A stretch of 64,000 bases of DNA from Candidatus Krumholzibacteriia bacterium. Lineage in GTDB: Bacteria > Krumholzibacteriota > Krumholzibacteriia > Krumholzibacteriales > Krumholzibacteriaceae. The notes under the pieces are model-generated. The model was not told the origin of the DNA. It saw only the letters and a program-made list of their open reading frames with translations, and did not search any database. A program made the translations under genes and the position numbers. Location: assembly GCA_023131975.1 (NCBI GenBank), contig JAGLYV010000066.1, positions 1 to 64,000 on the forward strand. Direction: 5' to 3'. Below are positions 37,556 through 47,641 of the stretch, in pieces; position 1 is the first letter of the stretch, and each line of letters begins with the position of its first letter.

Positions 37556-38254
37556 ATGATGGATGATGACGATCCGGGCAAGGTTTCAAGTTCCCCGTTT
37601 TTCAGGATATTCGAACTGCTTCTCTCGAGATTCGGGCCGGGAGGCTGGTGGCCGGTCACGCCGGATGCCGGTGATGTCCCCTGCTATTCGGGCGGGCCGG
37701 TGAATGAACAGCAGCGGTTCGAAGTCGTTGTGGGAGCCGTCCTCACCCAGAACACGGCCTGGAAGAACGCGGAAAAGGCGATTATGAACCTGACCGCGAA
37801 TTCTGCTCTTGCCCCGGAACGGATAATCGGTATGGAGGAGGAAAAGCTTGCCGCGATGATCAGATCGTCAGGGTATTTCAACCAGAAGGCCGCGAGGCTC
37901 CGGAGACTCGCGCGCCACATCCTTGCCACCGGGAGACCGACGAGAGAATCGCTTCTGGAGATCAATGGAATCGGGCCGGAGACCGCGGATTCGATAATGC
38001 TCTATGCTTACGACGAACTTCACTTCGTTGTCGATGCATATACGAGACGGATATTTTCAAGGATCGGTCTGATCGAGCCGGGCGACTCGTATGAGGAAAT
38101 AAAAGAGAGATTCGAGACTGCCGTTCCGGCTGACGCCAGAGTCTATCAGGAATATCATGCCCTCATAGTAGAGCTTGCCAAACGTTTCTGCCAAAAGACC
38201 CCCACCTGCGCCAGCTGCCCGGTGAGGACCGTCTGTTTTCGCCGGATTACCTGA
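37556..38254 (+). CDS. Endonuclease III-family HhH-GPD DNA glycosylase with a C-terminal 4Fe-4S cluster.
   Basis: HhH motif LLEINGIGPETADSIMLYAY, catalytic Asp context (VVDAYTRRIFSR), C-terminal CQKTPTCASCPVRTVC (Cx6Cx2C...C). Confidence 0.75.
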   Translation: MMDDDDPGKVSSSPFFRIFELLLSRFGPGGWWPVTPDAGDVPCYSGGPVNEQQRFEVVVGAVLTQNTAWKNAEKAIMNLTANSALAPERIIGMEEEKLAAMIRSSGYFNQKAARLRRLARHILATGRPTRESLLEINGIGPETADSIMLYAYDELHFVVDAYTRRIFSRIGLIEPGDSYEEIKERFETAVPADARVYQEYHALIVELAKRFCQKTPTCASCPVRTVCFRRIT

Positions 38255-38504
38255 CGGCGCCCCCTTTTGAGAATAGTTCTTGCACATATCAGTCTGACAG
38301 ACGGTTTTCGGCAAAATGAGAGTGTGCCGCAACTTGTGTTAAACACAGGAGTTATGCGACGCGCTTCGGCTTACTCGCCATGAGCGTCGACGAAACCCGT
38401 TAAAAGACAAGCAGATAGAAAAAGGCTGGGGAACGGATGGTATCGACGGAAATTGTCGGAAAAACATCCGCCTGTGGATAAAAAGCATACGGAGTAGTCG
38501 ATCG

Positions 38505-39608
38505 ATGAACCTTTACTCTTTCGATACTGAAGAACGCCGACTGGTGATCGGGCTGGCTGAAGACGACGGCCGGGGTCTCGCGGGGAGGCTTGCCAGCCTC
38601 GCCATGGTTGCCAGTGATTGTGGGATAAATGTAATCGAGTGTCTCGATTCAGGAAGAAATGACCGATCGGAGAGATCCGCCGCGGACGAATTCATAAGGG
38701 TCAACGATCTGTTCATCGATGCTGGTGAGATCTCAGCGGATGACCTCTCTGGCGAGTCGGGATATTATCTTATCAGCCGCGAATCGGACATCCTGTGCCT
38801 GGGCGACTTGGAATCACCATCATTATATTCGCTGTTTGTGTCACCTGATCCCGGGAGCGTCGGGAAGGCATCGGTCTTTGCCTACCTGATATCCAGCATC
38901 ATGGGGTTCTCAAGTTTTGTGTCTTTCGAAGTCAGGTTCAGTGTCTATGAGCTTCTCAATAGAATAGTCGAACGTGTGGATAAATCGAGCCCGGAAAAAT
39001 GGATAAATCTTGTGATTGAAGAAAAAGAGGGCGATCTCTCGGTTTTCATCGCGGACAGAGGTGTAGAATTCGATCCCACAGATACGGATGAGTCGTATCT
39101 TGGCCGACTGTTCGGGGCCGGGATATTCAGGGGGCTGGGGTTGTCCACGACGAAAAAGATCACAGATACGCTCACCTGGGAACATAAAAGCGGATTGAAC
39201 CGCACGCTGCTGTACAAGGCAGAGAGTGGAAAGGACAATGCTGTGGAAGATGGAGGGAAAAAAATGGAAAGGTTCAAGATCAGCGCAGGCGATCCTTCCG
39301 GAGACGGAACCCGGAAGTTGCTTCTTGACGGCAGTCTGGACAGTGTAGCGTCCCTGATGCTGGAGAACACGATGTTCGAATACCTTGGAAAGGGAGAACT
39401 CTCGGTCGAACTGGATTTCGAAAAGGTCCCGTTCGTGTCGAGCGCCGGAGTCGGCGTCCTCCTGGGCATAGTCTCGACTTTTCGCGAAGGTGGCGGAAAG
39501 GTCTCTTTCGACAGAGTATCGGCGAAGATACTCTCCGTTTTCAGGTTGCTGAACCTCGATACGTATTTTGTTTTCTCCGGGACGACCGAGACGGAAAAGG
39601 CCTACTGA
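38505..39608 (+). CDS. Partner-switching-type regulator: GHKL (RsbW-like anti-sigma kinase) domain fused to a C-terminal STAS (anti-sigma-antagonist) domain.
   Basis: Middle region with GHKL-like boxes (IADRGVEFDP; GAGIFRGLGLSTTKKITD). C-terminal STAS (ELDFEKVPFVSSAGVGVLLGIVSTFREGGGKVSFDRVSAKILSVFRLLNLDTYF). Confidence 0.5.
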   Translation: MNLYSFDTEERRLVIGLAEDDGRGLAGRLASLAMVASDCGINVIECLDSGRNDRSERSAADEFIRVNDLFIDAGEISADDLSGESGYYLISRESDILCLGDLESPSLYSLFVSPDPGSVGKASVFAYLISSIMGFSSFVSFEVRFSVYELLNRIVERVDKSSPEKWINLVIEEKEGDLSVFIADRGVEFDPTDTDESYLGRLFGAGIFRGLGLSTTKKITDTLTWEHKSGLNRTLLYKAESGKDNAVEDGGKKMERFKISAGDPSGDGTRKLLLDGSLDSVASLMLENTMFEYLGKGELSVELDFEKVPFVSSAGVGVLLGIVSTFREGGGKVSFDRVSAKILSVFRLLNLDTYFVFSGTTETEKAY

Positions 39609-39630
39609 CAAAAAATAGAGAGAGTTCCCC

Positions 39631-41106
39631 ATGAGACAGGAAAGAAAAGAGATCGATCTGGCCGATGAGGCTTCCAGCGATGTCAGGCAGGGGCAACGCG
39701 AGGAAAGGGCGCTGAATCCGGGAAAAAGCCTGGAGCGGAAGGCCCATATCTTCGAAGCTCCGTTCCGGTTGTACGAGCGGCTCGGGTCGACTTTCGATAT
39801 CGACCGGATATCCAGACTCCTGCTTATGACTCTTTCGGAACAACTGGACCTGAAGACGGTATCGATATATCTGTGTGCTCCCGACAGGACCGAATTCGGG
39901 TTGGTACACTCCCTCGGTACCGGCAGTGACGCCCTGCCGGCTTCGATCAGCGCTGCGTCTGGTTTTGCCCGCTGGCTGAAAGCTGAAGACGGATTGATGT
40001 TTATCGACAGGTATTATACGTCGGGTGGGGAACCGGGTGTGGACGAGGTAGCGGTCCTGACGTCTCTCGAGAAAATCGGATTTTCCTACGCGAGCTTCCT
40101 CGAAAACGATGGCGAAGACCTGGGTATCCTCTTTTTCAGTTCCAGAACAGGAAGCAGATCCTTCGATGAGTTTGACAGGGAGTGTCTCCGGATGCTTGTG
40201 CGGGTAGGAGCGATCACCATAAAGAACGCGCTGAGATTTCATCAGCTGAAAAGATACCGGGAGAGCAGCGAACAGTTCGCGAGGGTCAAGAGCGAGTATA
40301 TGGGGGAAAATTCCGTACATCTTAAAACCGCTCTTTCTGTCCTGAAGAGTTCACTCTGGTCGATTGAAAGTGATGGCCCGGGCAACGCGATAATGGTGGA
40401 TATGGCGCGAGACGCGACAGTCAGGATGGAATCCAGTCTGAGCAGTTTTCTGGCGCTTGTAGATGCCGGGATGGAAGATACCCCTCTGGATCTTGAGAGG
40501 ACAGATCTTTCGGTAGTTCTCGAGGATTGTTTGAGAGAGTATATCCCTGAACTCGAGGAAAAGAGTGTTACGGTGAGGATGAAAGACGGCCTCGCCGGCA
40601 GAGAGGTCTTTCTGGATCCCTCCAGGATCATGGTCGTGGTCCGGAATATTGTGGACAACGCGCTTCAGGCGGTCGGCCGGGGTGGACAGCTGGTCGTGGA
40701 TACCAGGGTAGCCGCATCGATGCCTTCGCTCGAAGATGGGATCCAGCTTCAGGACTGGAATCTCTGTGAAGGTGAAATGGCCGAAGAGAAGTCCGCGCTG
40801 AGGGACCGGGATGAACACAGGCGATTTGAATCGATTTCAGAGGAGATTTCCTTTCAGAGAAGTATTGAGCAGTCGTACGCTGTCATTTCGATAGAGGATA
40901 ACGGCATCGGTATCCCGGAATCGGAAATAAGGACCATCTCCCAGCCATTCAGGAAGATCCATTGTCCCCTCGAAGGTGATTCGGGGCGGCCCGGTATCGG
41001 ACTCTCTGTAGCCCAGAATATCGTGGCGTGTCACGGAGGGATGATATTCTGCCGAAGCGAGGTCGGAAAGGGAAGTTCCTTTTCCATCTGGCTCCCGCTC
41101 GATTGA
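39631..41106 (+). CDS. Sensor histidine kinase with an N-terminal GAF domain.
   Basis: GAF-like region (residues about 60-200). HisKA-like helix region. HATPase_c (VVRNIVDNALQAV, IEDNGIGIPE, GRPGIGLSVAQNIVACHGG). A glutamate-rich insert sits between the N and G1 boxes. Confidence 0.75.
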   Translation: MRQERKEIDLADEASSDVRQGQREERALNPGKSLERKAHIFEAPFRLYERLGSTFDIDRISRLLLMTLSEQLDLKTVSIYLCAPDRTEFGLVHSLGTGSDALPASISAASGFARWLKAEDGLMFIDRYYTSGGEPGVDEVAVLTSLEKIGFSYASFLENDGEDLGILFFSSRTGSRSFDEFDRECLRMLVRVGAITIKNALRFHQLKRYRESSEQFARVKSEYMGENSVHLKTALSVLKSSLWSIESDGPGNAIMVDMARDATVRMESSLSSFLALVDAGMEDTPLDLERTDLSVVLEDCLREYIPELEEKSVTVRMKDGLAGREVFLDPSRIMVVVRNIVDNALQAVGRGGQLVVDTRVAASMPSLEDGIQLQDWNLCEGEMAEEKSALRDRDEHRRFESISEEISFQRSIEQSYAVISIEDNGIGIPESEIRTISQPFRKIHCPLEGDSGRPGIGLSVAQNIVACHGGMIFCRSEVGKGSSFSIWLPLD

Positions 41107-41111
41107 AAAAA

Positions 41112-41136
41112 GCCGACCCGAAGACACCGGGCCGGC
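41112..41136. terminator. Bidirectional rho-independent terminator between the convergent histidine kinase and cyclophilin genes.
   Basis: GCCGACCCG-aagacac-CGGGCCGGC hairpin flanked by an A-run on the left (a U-run for the minus-strand transcript) and a U-rich tract on the right. Confidence 0.55.
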
Positions 41137-41198
41137 CATTATTCATTTTATCGATTTTTTGAACTCGGGGTCCATCGATTCCGGGCTGAATGTCCGGT

Positions 41199-41834
41199 TT
41201 ATTCCTCTTCCGGAAGTATGCGCGTAATCGATTTGATGATAATCGGTTTTACCGGAACATCTTCGTAGGCACCTTTTGTCGTAGTCTTGACGAGCTTGAT
41301 CTTGTCGATCACGTCCATCCCCTCGGTCACCTTGCCGAATACGCAGTAGCCGAACATTTTTCGGGTCGCTTCCTTGTCGTTGAGGTGGGTCATGTCCTGG
41401 TGGTCGAGAAAGGAACTGTTGGCGACATTTATAAAGAACTGGTTTGTGGCACTGTCGATGGCGCCCGTTCTGGCCATGGCTACCGTATATTCGAGGTTCT
41501 TCACTCCGTTGGTGGCTTCGTTCTTAATCGGTGCGCCGGACGGTTTCTGGATCATTTCCTTCGTAAATCCGCCGCCCTGGACCATAAACGAACTGATGAC
41601 TCTGTGGAATATCGTGCCGTTATAGAATTTTTTGTCGACATAGTTCAGGAAGTTTTCCACCGTGATCGGGGCCTTGTCGTCGAAAAGCTCTATTGTAAAA
41701 TTACCCATTGTAGTTTTCACATAGACCATCGAGTGTTCCTGCTCTCCTTTTTTTCCGGCCGCCGAGATCGGCAGGGCGGAAAGGGTGATAATAGCGGTGA
41801 TCATGATCAGGCATAGTATGCTTCTGGTCTTCAT
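41199..41834 (-). CDS. ppiB: Secreted cyclophilin-type peptidyl-prolyl cis-trans isomerase.
   Basis: Signal peptide, then FHRVISSFMVQGGGF and GYCVFGKV cyclophilin motifs. GGAGGG SD 9 nt before ATG 41834; the track ORF extends to 41885. Confidence 0.85.
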   Translation of the reverse strand: MKTRSILCLIMITAIITLSALPISAAGKKGEQEHSMVYVKTTMGNFTIELFDDKAPITVENFLNYVDKKFYNGTIFHRVISSFMVQGGGFTKEMIQKPSGAPIKNEATNGVKNLEYTVAMARTGAIDSATNQFFINVANSSFLDHQDMTHLNDKEATRKMFGYCVFGKVTEGMDVIDKIKLVKTTTKGAYEDVPVKPIIIKSITRILPEEE

Positions 41835-42088
41835 GCTGTAGATCCCTCCTTCTGGAAAAGCTGCGATTTCACTCCATCTCCCCACAATATACCGGCCGGG
41901 GCTGGATAATTAAAGTAAAAATGGCTTTCCGGGGATGAGACTGCCCGTAACATACCAGAAAACAATGTTTTAAGGTTTCCTTTGTCTGTAATGTGGAAAG
42001 CAAATATTTTTCTTTCCACAATAGATGACATTCTGATACGATGCCCGAAAGCGGTCTTGAGATTCACCTGTTTGTCAAGGGACGGGAT

Positions 42089-42976
42089 ATGAGCCGAAAG
42101 CTAGTCTACGAGCATGTCGATGTTTTCACTACGAAGCCATTCGGGGGGAACCAGCTTGCCGTATTTGAAAAGCCGGGCAAGCTTAAAAAGGCCCAGATGC
42201 AGCTGATCGCGCGGGAGATCAATTTCTCCGAGACGACATTCATCTTTCCACCCAAAGACAAGGAAGCAGACGCAAAAGTCAGGATCTTTACTCCTGCCGA
42301 GGAGATTCCGTTTGCCGGCCATCCGGTTCTGGGTACCGCTTTTGTGATCCTCTCGAATAAAAAGGGAAAGAAGCCGCCGGGTCTTGAACTGGAGTTGGAT
42401 TCAGGCAGGATCTCGGTAGAGGTGATCAAGTCGAACAAGACGGAGACCAGGCTTTCCATGACCCAGCCGGTGCCGAAGTTCGGGAGCGCTCTTATGAATA
42501 GAGGGCAGGCGGCCAAGGCTGTAGGAATCAAGAACTTTGATCTCCTTGGCGGAGGAGTGATCTCGAGCGGACTCGATTTTCTGATAATGGAGGCCAGGGA
42601 TACCGAGATCGTCGGCCAGGCCAACCTGAACATAGAAGAGGCCGTCAATGTGATGGCCCGACACAAAGTCATAGGCATATATCTTTTTGCCAGGACAGAA
42701 AATCCAAAGGTCAATATACATGCCCGGTTCTTTGCGCCGACGCTCTCTGTGGTGGAGGACCCCGCTACGGGATCGGCTGCCGGGGCCCTGGGAGGCTATC
42801 TCGCCAGAATACTTAAGTTCCCGGCCGAGCTCAAACTCATAATCAGCCAGGGAAAAGAGATGGGCCGACCCAGTCTTCTTCAGGTAGATGTCCATTGCGA
42901 CCGCGGTATGGTGCAGAAAGTAAAGGTCACTGGTTCGATAGTGAGGGTGGGAGAAGGCACAATATTAATGCCTTGA
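42089..42976 (+). CDS. PhzF-family isomerase (phenazine biosynthesis-like protein).
   Basis: YEHVDVFTTKPFGGNQLAVF, ARE(I/M)NFSETTFI and tandem DAP-epimerase-like fold length (about 295 aa). Start at ATG 42089. Confidence 0.75.
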   Translation: MSRKLVYEHVDVFTTKPFGGNQLAVFEKPGKLKKAQMQLIAREINFSETTFIFPPKDKEADAKVRIFTPAEEIPFAGHPVLGTAFVILSNKKGKKPPGLELELDSGRISVEVIKSNKTETRLSMTQPVPKFGSALMNRGQAAKAVGIKNFDLLGGGVISSGLDFLIMEARDTEIVGQANLNIEEAVNVMARHKVIGIYLFARTENPKVNIHARFFAPTLSVVEDPATGSAAGALGGYLARILKFPAELKLIISQGKEMGRPSLLQVDVHCDRGMVQKVKVTGSIVRVGEGTILMP

Positions 42977-43081
42977 ATGATTTAATTATTATTTTGCTAC
43001 AGAATGTGATATAATGACAACGGTTGAGGGGTCGGGCACGTGAAAACATCGACCAGCTCTGAATAAAACCGACAATATTTA

Positions 43082-43147
43082 CCGGAAAAGGTTCTGAGGA
43101 GGTGGCCCGCGTGACCCTTTCATTGGATCTCTTTTCCGGTTTTTTTA
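43082..43147 (+). terminator. Long hairpin followed by T7A: likely terminator after the PhzF gene.
   Basis: CCGGAAAAG (43082-43090) and CTTTTCCGG (43131-43139) inverted repeat enclosing about 40 nt, followed by TTTTTTTA. Confidence 0.4.
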
Positions 43148-43168
43148 TGCGTCCATTCTGATGGACGG

Positions 43169-45241
43169 CTACTCCCTGAGATACTCTTCGAACCAGTCAT
43201 ATAGTGTGTTCCACCAGAGCTCGGCGTTCTGGGGCTTCCTTACGAAATGATCCTCATCGGGGAAGAAGAGGAGTTTCGAGGGGACTCCCTGCCGCTGCAG
43301 CGCGGTAAAGAACTCGAGACCCTGGGTATACGGGACCCTGTAGTCATGTTCTCCATGGACTACGAGACAGGGTGTTTTGAATTCCGCGACGAACCTGTGT
43401 GGCGAAAACTTTTCGTAAGTTTCCCTGCTTGTCCATGGCATGCCGCCAAATTCCCATTCCGGGAACCATAACTCCTCGGTGGCTCCGTACATCGATTCGA
43501 GATTGTAGACTCCCGCGTGGGAGACGAGGCATTTGAACCTGTCGTTATGGCCCTCGATCCAGTCGACCATATATCCCCCGTACGATGCTCCGGCCGCGCC
43601 GATCCTGGCCGGATCGATATAGTCAAAGTTTTCTATGATATAGTCCAGTCCGTTCATGATGTCGATGTACGGGGCGCCTCCCCAGTCGCCGCTTATCGCG
43701 TCGGTGAATGCCTGCCCGTATCCGGTGCTGCCGGTAAAGTTGAATGTGGCTACGACATATCCCGGTGACGCGAACATCTGGACGTTCCAGCGGTAGTGGA
43801 AGTTGTCCCCGAACGCTCCCTGCGGGCCGCCGTGTATCAGTACGATGACCGGATATTTTTTGCCTTCTTCGAAGAAGGGAGGTTTGACGATCATTCCGTG
43901 TATTTTCGTCGCTGCTCCATCGAACCAGAATTCTTCCAGCGGGTTCATCGACAGGTGGGCGAGCAGATGGGCGTTTATGTCGGTGAGCCTCGTTATCTTT
44001 TTTCCCTTGATCGTGGATGTGTAGAGGTCGGTCGGTCGATCGACACTCTGTCTGGCGAATACTATCTTCCTGCCGTCAGCAGAGATCCTCAGGTTGTTAT
44101 CATATCCGCCGGTAATCACTTTTTCGGGCGTGGTCCCACGTATGCTTACCCTGCAGATCGAGTAACGTCCCCGATCCTGGGTAGAGAAGAAGATCGAACG
44201 GCTGTCCGGGCTCCAGTCGAAGTTGCCGATACCGTAATCAAAATCTTCCGTAAGATTGAGTGTCTTTTTCTCGCGGCGGTCGTACAGCATCAGGCGATAG
44301 CGGTCAGCCTCGAAGCCGGGTTTCATCTGGGCCCTGTAGGCGATATACCTTCCGTCGGGTGAATAACGGGGATTGTTATCGTTGGACGGGTTTTCCGAAG
44401 TGATCGATGTCGTCGTACCGTCCGTGACCGACCTGATGTAGATGTCGTTGTTTGTAGAAATGGCCACCATCGGATCGGGATTCATGGAATAGCATATCTC
44501 GTTTCCGTCAGGTGAGAAATCGTAATCACGTTCTCCCCCGAGCGATATAGGGGGGACATCCGTCATTCCCCTGTTTATCTCCACGAGTGAAGAACTGTCG
44601 ATATTGGTCAGGAAGAGGTGGTTCCATCGCCCCTCTCTCCAGCTGTTCCAGTGCCGGAACATCAGATGATCGATCAATCGGGCCCTGACCTTGCTGTTTT
44701 TCCATTCATCCAGTTTTTCGGCGTTACAATCCATGTCCTCGCAGTCGGGATATACGCGAGAGGTGAATGCCAGGGTCCTGCCGTCGGGCGACCACAGGGG
44801 ATCGGATACTCCGGTCGGAATGTCTGTGACCCTGCGTGCTTCTCCTCCGCCTGTCGGGATCAACCATATCTGTGAACTGCCTTCGCGGTCGGAAACGAAG
44901 GCCAGCTCTTTCCCGTCGGGCGACCAGCACGGAGCATAGTCGCTTCCCCCGCTCCTGACAAAGTTCCACGGTTGTCCACCATCGGTTCTGACCATGTAGA
45001 TGTCGGTGTTCGACGAATTACTTTCCCTGTCGAACCAGGTCACCGTAAAGGCGACCAGCTTTGCGTCGGGGGATATCTCGAAACTGCCGATCCTTCCAAG
45101 TGAGATCAGGTCATCGAAAGTCAACGCGTGAGGGTCGCCGTTGATCTCTCCATCGTGGGCGCCGGCCGGCATGACCACGGCCACGGCATACAGCGAAAGA
45201 AGGAGCAGCATGACGGGGATTCTCGAGAATAGATATCTCAT
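43169..45241 (-). CDS. S9-family serine peptidase, third paralog (closest to 5389-7515).
   Basis: Signal peptide from ATG 45241 (MRYLFSRIPVMLLLLSLYAVAVVMPAGA) with GGAGG SD. Propeller repeats (SPDAKLVAF, SPDGKELAF, SPDGRTLAF, SPDGRYIAY). Shared motif RVYPDCEDMDC (compare RVYPDCPDLDC in 5389-7515). HGGPQGAF...GASYGGYM (GxSxG)...HGEHDYRVP...DEDHFV. Confidence 0.85.
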   Translation of the reverse strand: MRYLFSRIPVMLLLLSLYAVAVVMPAGAHDGEINGDPHALTFDDLISLGRIGSFEISPDAKLVAFTVTWFDRESNSSNTDIYMVRTDGGQPWNFVRSGGSDYAPCWSPDGKELAFVSDREGSSQIWLIPTGGGEARRVTDIPTGVSDPLWSPDGRTLAFTSRVYPDCEDMDCNAEKLDEWKNSKVRARLIDHLMFRHWNSWREGRWNHLFLTNIDSSSLVEINRGMTDVPPISLGGERDYDFSPDGNEICYSMNPDPMVAISTNNDIYIRSVTDGTTTSITSENPSNDNNPRYSPDGRYIAYRAQMKPGFEADRYRLMLYDRREKKTLNLTEDFDYGIGNFDWSPDSRSIFFSTQDRGRYSICRVSIRGTTPEKVITGGYDNNLRISADGRKIVFARQSVDRPTDLYTSTIKGKKITRLTDINAHLLAHLSMNPLEEFWFDGAATKIHGMIVKPPFFEEGKKYPVIVLIHGGPQGAFGDNFHYRWNVQMFASPGYVVATFNFTGSTGYGQAFTDAISGDWGGAPYIDIMNGLDYIIENFDYIDPARIGAAGASYGGYMVDWIEGHNDRFKCLVSHAGVYNLESMYGATEELWFPEWEFGGMPWTSRETYEKFSPHRFVAEFKTPCLVVHGEHDYRVPYTQGLEFFTALQRQGVPSKLLFFPDEDHFVRKPQNAELWWNTLYDWFEEYLRE

Positions 45242-45452
45242 ATCAGCCTCCTGCGGGTTGGGGTCAGACACTCAGGTCATTGTCAGATGTTTTACAGGGG
45301 TCCATTCTAGGAAAAAGAACCCTTTGTGGCAACTTTAATAAAAAACTGTCGTATATAAACTTGATTCTACAGGATAATTCTGCAAGTCTGAATGACGATC
45401 GTTCAGCCGGCGCGACGCGCCACGCACCATCTGCTTCCCATGGAGGAAGATC

Positions 45453-46370
45453 ATGATAGAAGTCAGTGAGATAAGAAAACAGTTTGGAGAAGTCAGGGCC
45501 GTTGACGGCCTCAGTTTTAAGGTGGCCGAAGGTGAGATCTTTGGTCTTCTCGGCCCGAATGGCGCGGGAAAGACGACTACGATATCGATGCTTTCGGGTC
45601 TTCTCGCGCCGGATTCAGGGACGATAACGGTCGCGGGCATGGATGCCTCCAGAGGCGACCGCAGGGTGAGGGCGCTGATGGGCGTGATTCCGCAGGAGAT
45701 CGCTCTCTACGAGGAACTTTCAGGCCGCGAGAATCTGCATTTCTGGGGTGGACTTTACGGCCTGACAGGCGCGGCTCTTAAAAGAGAGACCGACAGGGTA
45801 CTCGATATGGTCGATCTGACCGACAGGGCAGACGACCAGGTAGGAAAATACTCTGGAGGGATGAAAAGGAGGATCAATCTCTGTGCCGGTCTCATTCACA
45901 GTCCGAAGATCATTCTGCTCGACGAACCGACGCTGGGAATAGATCCCCAGGCGAGGATCAAGATACTCGACATCGTGAAAAAAGAAGCGGAATCCGGAAC
46001 GACGATCATCTATACCACCCACTATCTCGAGGAGGCGGAAGAGCTCTGTGACAGGATCGCGATCATAGATAAGGGCGCCATCCATGCTGAAGGGAGCCTT
46101 GCCGAACTTGTCGACCTTGTGGGAGAAGAAGATATGATCACCGTTACCGGCGATTTCAAATCGTGGAAAGGCGACAACCTGCCCGAAGGTGTGAGGCTCG
46201 ACCATATGGAGGAGGGCAGCCTGAGGTTCTATATCTCCAGGAAGGACTCTCTGGGGTCTCTTCTCAATTCCTTTTTCGGCGCGGGGATCAGTGTGGAAAG
46301 TGTCTCGATCAGGGAGCCGGGGCTCCAGGGCGTATTCCTCAAGCTGACCGGCCGGGAACTGAGGGATTGA
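45453..46370 (+). CDS. ABC transporter ATP-binding protein (ABC-2/DrrA-like exporter ATPase).
   Basis: Walker A GLLGPNGAGKTTT, signature YSGGMKRR, Walker B ILLDEPT, H-loop. Confidence 0.85.
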   Translation: MIEVSEIRKQFGEVRAVDGLSFKVAEGEIFGLLGPNGAGKTTTISMLSGLLAPDSGTITVAGMDASRGDRRVRALMGVIPQEIALYEELSGRENLHFWGGLYGLTGAALKRETDRVLDMVDLTDRADDQVGKYSGGMKRRINLCAGLIHSPKIILLDEPTLGIDPQARIKILDIVKKEAESGTTIIYTTHYLEEAEELCDRIAIIDKGAIHAEGSLAELVDLVGEEDMITVTGDFKSWKGDNLPEGVRLDHMEEGSLRFYISRKDSLGSLLNSFFGAGISVESVSIREPGLQGVFLKLTGRELRD

Positions 46371-46372
46371 AC

Positions 46373-47641
46373 ATGAATACGATACTCAGGATATTTATCC
46401 TCGATCTCAAGAGAAGGATGAAAAGCCCTCTCGCTATCGTTCTCACGATGTGTATCCCCCTGGTAATGACATTAATAATCGGGTCGGTCTTCGGTCGCGA
46501 TGGAGATGTGAAGCTGCCAAGGATAAAGATGCTTTTCGTTGATTATGACGAGGGCCTCGCGGCGCAGTTTCTCAGGCGGGGACTGGAGCTGGGTCAGCTC
46601 GCGGAGATGGTAGAGGTGATCCCTGTCGTCGAAGAAGAGGGAGAACGCCTGATGGCCGAAGGTGAGGCGTCGGCCATGGTCGTGATCCCGGACAGTTTCA
46701 CTACGAAGATAGTCGATGGTGTGCCGGTCACTATACGGGTCGTGAAAAACCCGTCGGAATCGTTTCTGCCGATAATCGTGGAAGAGATCATATCGACATT
46801 CGGAGTGATCCTCGACTGCGGGACGAATACTTTCAGAGAGCCGATCAGAAAGTCGAAAGAGATCCTGACTGACGAGGGATGGCCCTCGCTGAATGAGTTG
46901 CAGACGCTTATGGACGAGGCGAAGGCGATATTCGCTCTTGCCGGCGGGTACATGGTGGATACACTGCTCACTGTCGAAGAATCTACAGTCTCCGAAGCCG
47001 GGGACGAGGGGAACGGAAAGTCCTCGGGATTCAATGTCTTCTCATATGTCATGGCGGGAAGCATGCTGATAGGCTTGCTCTTTACCAGTAACATCATGCT
47101 CAGGGATATCGTGAGGGAAAGGGCATCGGGCACACTGACCAGGACTCTCGCCGCTCCGCTGAGCATCTGGCACGTAGTAGCCGGAAAACTGCTGGCCGCC
47201 TACATGGTCACGATGGTGGCCAGTATCGCGCTGCTGATCATAGGACGATTCGTTTTCGGCATGGACCTGGGTGGTCCCGTCGTTCTCGCTGTACACCTCT
47301 CGGCTACGATTTTCATGATCACCGGGTTGATGACATTCTGTTTCGGTCTGATCAAGAGTGAACGGGCGGCCGAAGCGATCGTGTCGGTCCTTATCATCGT
47401 GATATCCCTCCTCGGTGGAGGTATGATACCGATCAGTCAGATGGGTGAGGCGTTCAGGGTGATCGCGCGGTTCTCTCCGGTCTACTGGGCCAGCGACGGG
47501 TTCATGAAAATATTCCTCAACCAGGCCGGCCTGATCGATATCGTTCAGAATATCGTCATACTGACAGGGATAGGGCTGGTGACTCTTCTGCCAGGCACCT
47601 GGCTGCTTGGAAGAAACCTCAGGAAAGGAGGATCAAAATGA
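46373..47641 (+). CDS. ABC-2-type transporter permease.
   Basis: N-terminal TM helix, large periplasmic loop, then 5 C-terminal TM helices typical of ABC-2 permeases. Start at ATG 46373, 2 nt after the ATPase stop; the track ORF begins at 46163 inside the ATPase gene. Confidence 0.7.
   Translation: MNTILRIFILDLKRRMKSPLAIVLTMCIPLVMTLIIGSVFGRDGDVKLPRIKMLFVDYDEGLAAQFLRRGLELGQLAEMVEVIPVVEEEGERLMAEGEASAMVVIPDSFTTKIVDGVPVTIRVVKNPSESFLPIIVEEIISTFGVILDCGTNTFREPIRKSKEILTDEGWPSLNELQTLMDEAKAIFALAGGYMVDTLLTVEESTVSEAGDEGNGKSSGFNVFSYVMAGSMLIGLLFTSNIMLRDIVRERASGTLTRTLAAPLSIWHVVAGKLLAAYMVTMVASIALLIIGRFVFGMDLGGPVVLAVHLSATIFMITGLMTFCFGLIKSERAAEAIVSVLIIVISLLGGGMIPISQMGEAFRVIARFSPVYWASDGFMKIFLNQAGLIDIVQNIVILTGIGLVTLLPGTWLLGRNLRKGGSK

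Noticed and set aside
46163-46372. N-terminal 70-codon extension of the ABC-2 permease ORF, overlapping the ATPase gene.
   Set aside because: The extension is the ATPase 3' end read in another frame. The real start is ATG 46373, two nt after the ATPase stop, followed by a typical N-terminal TM helix.
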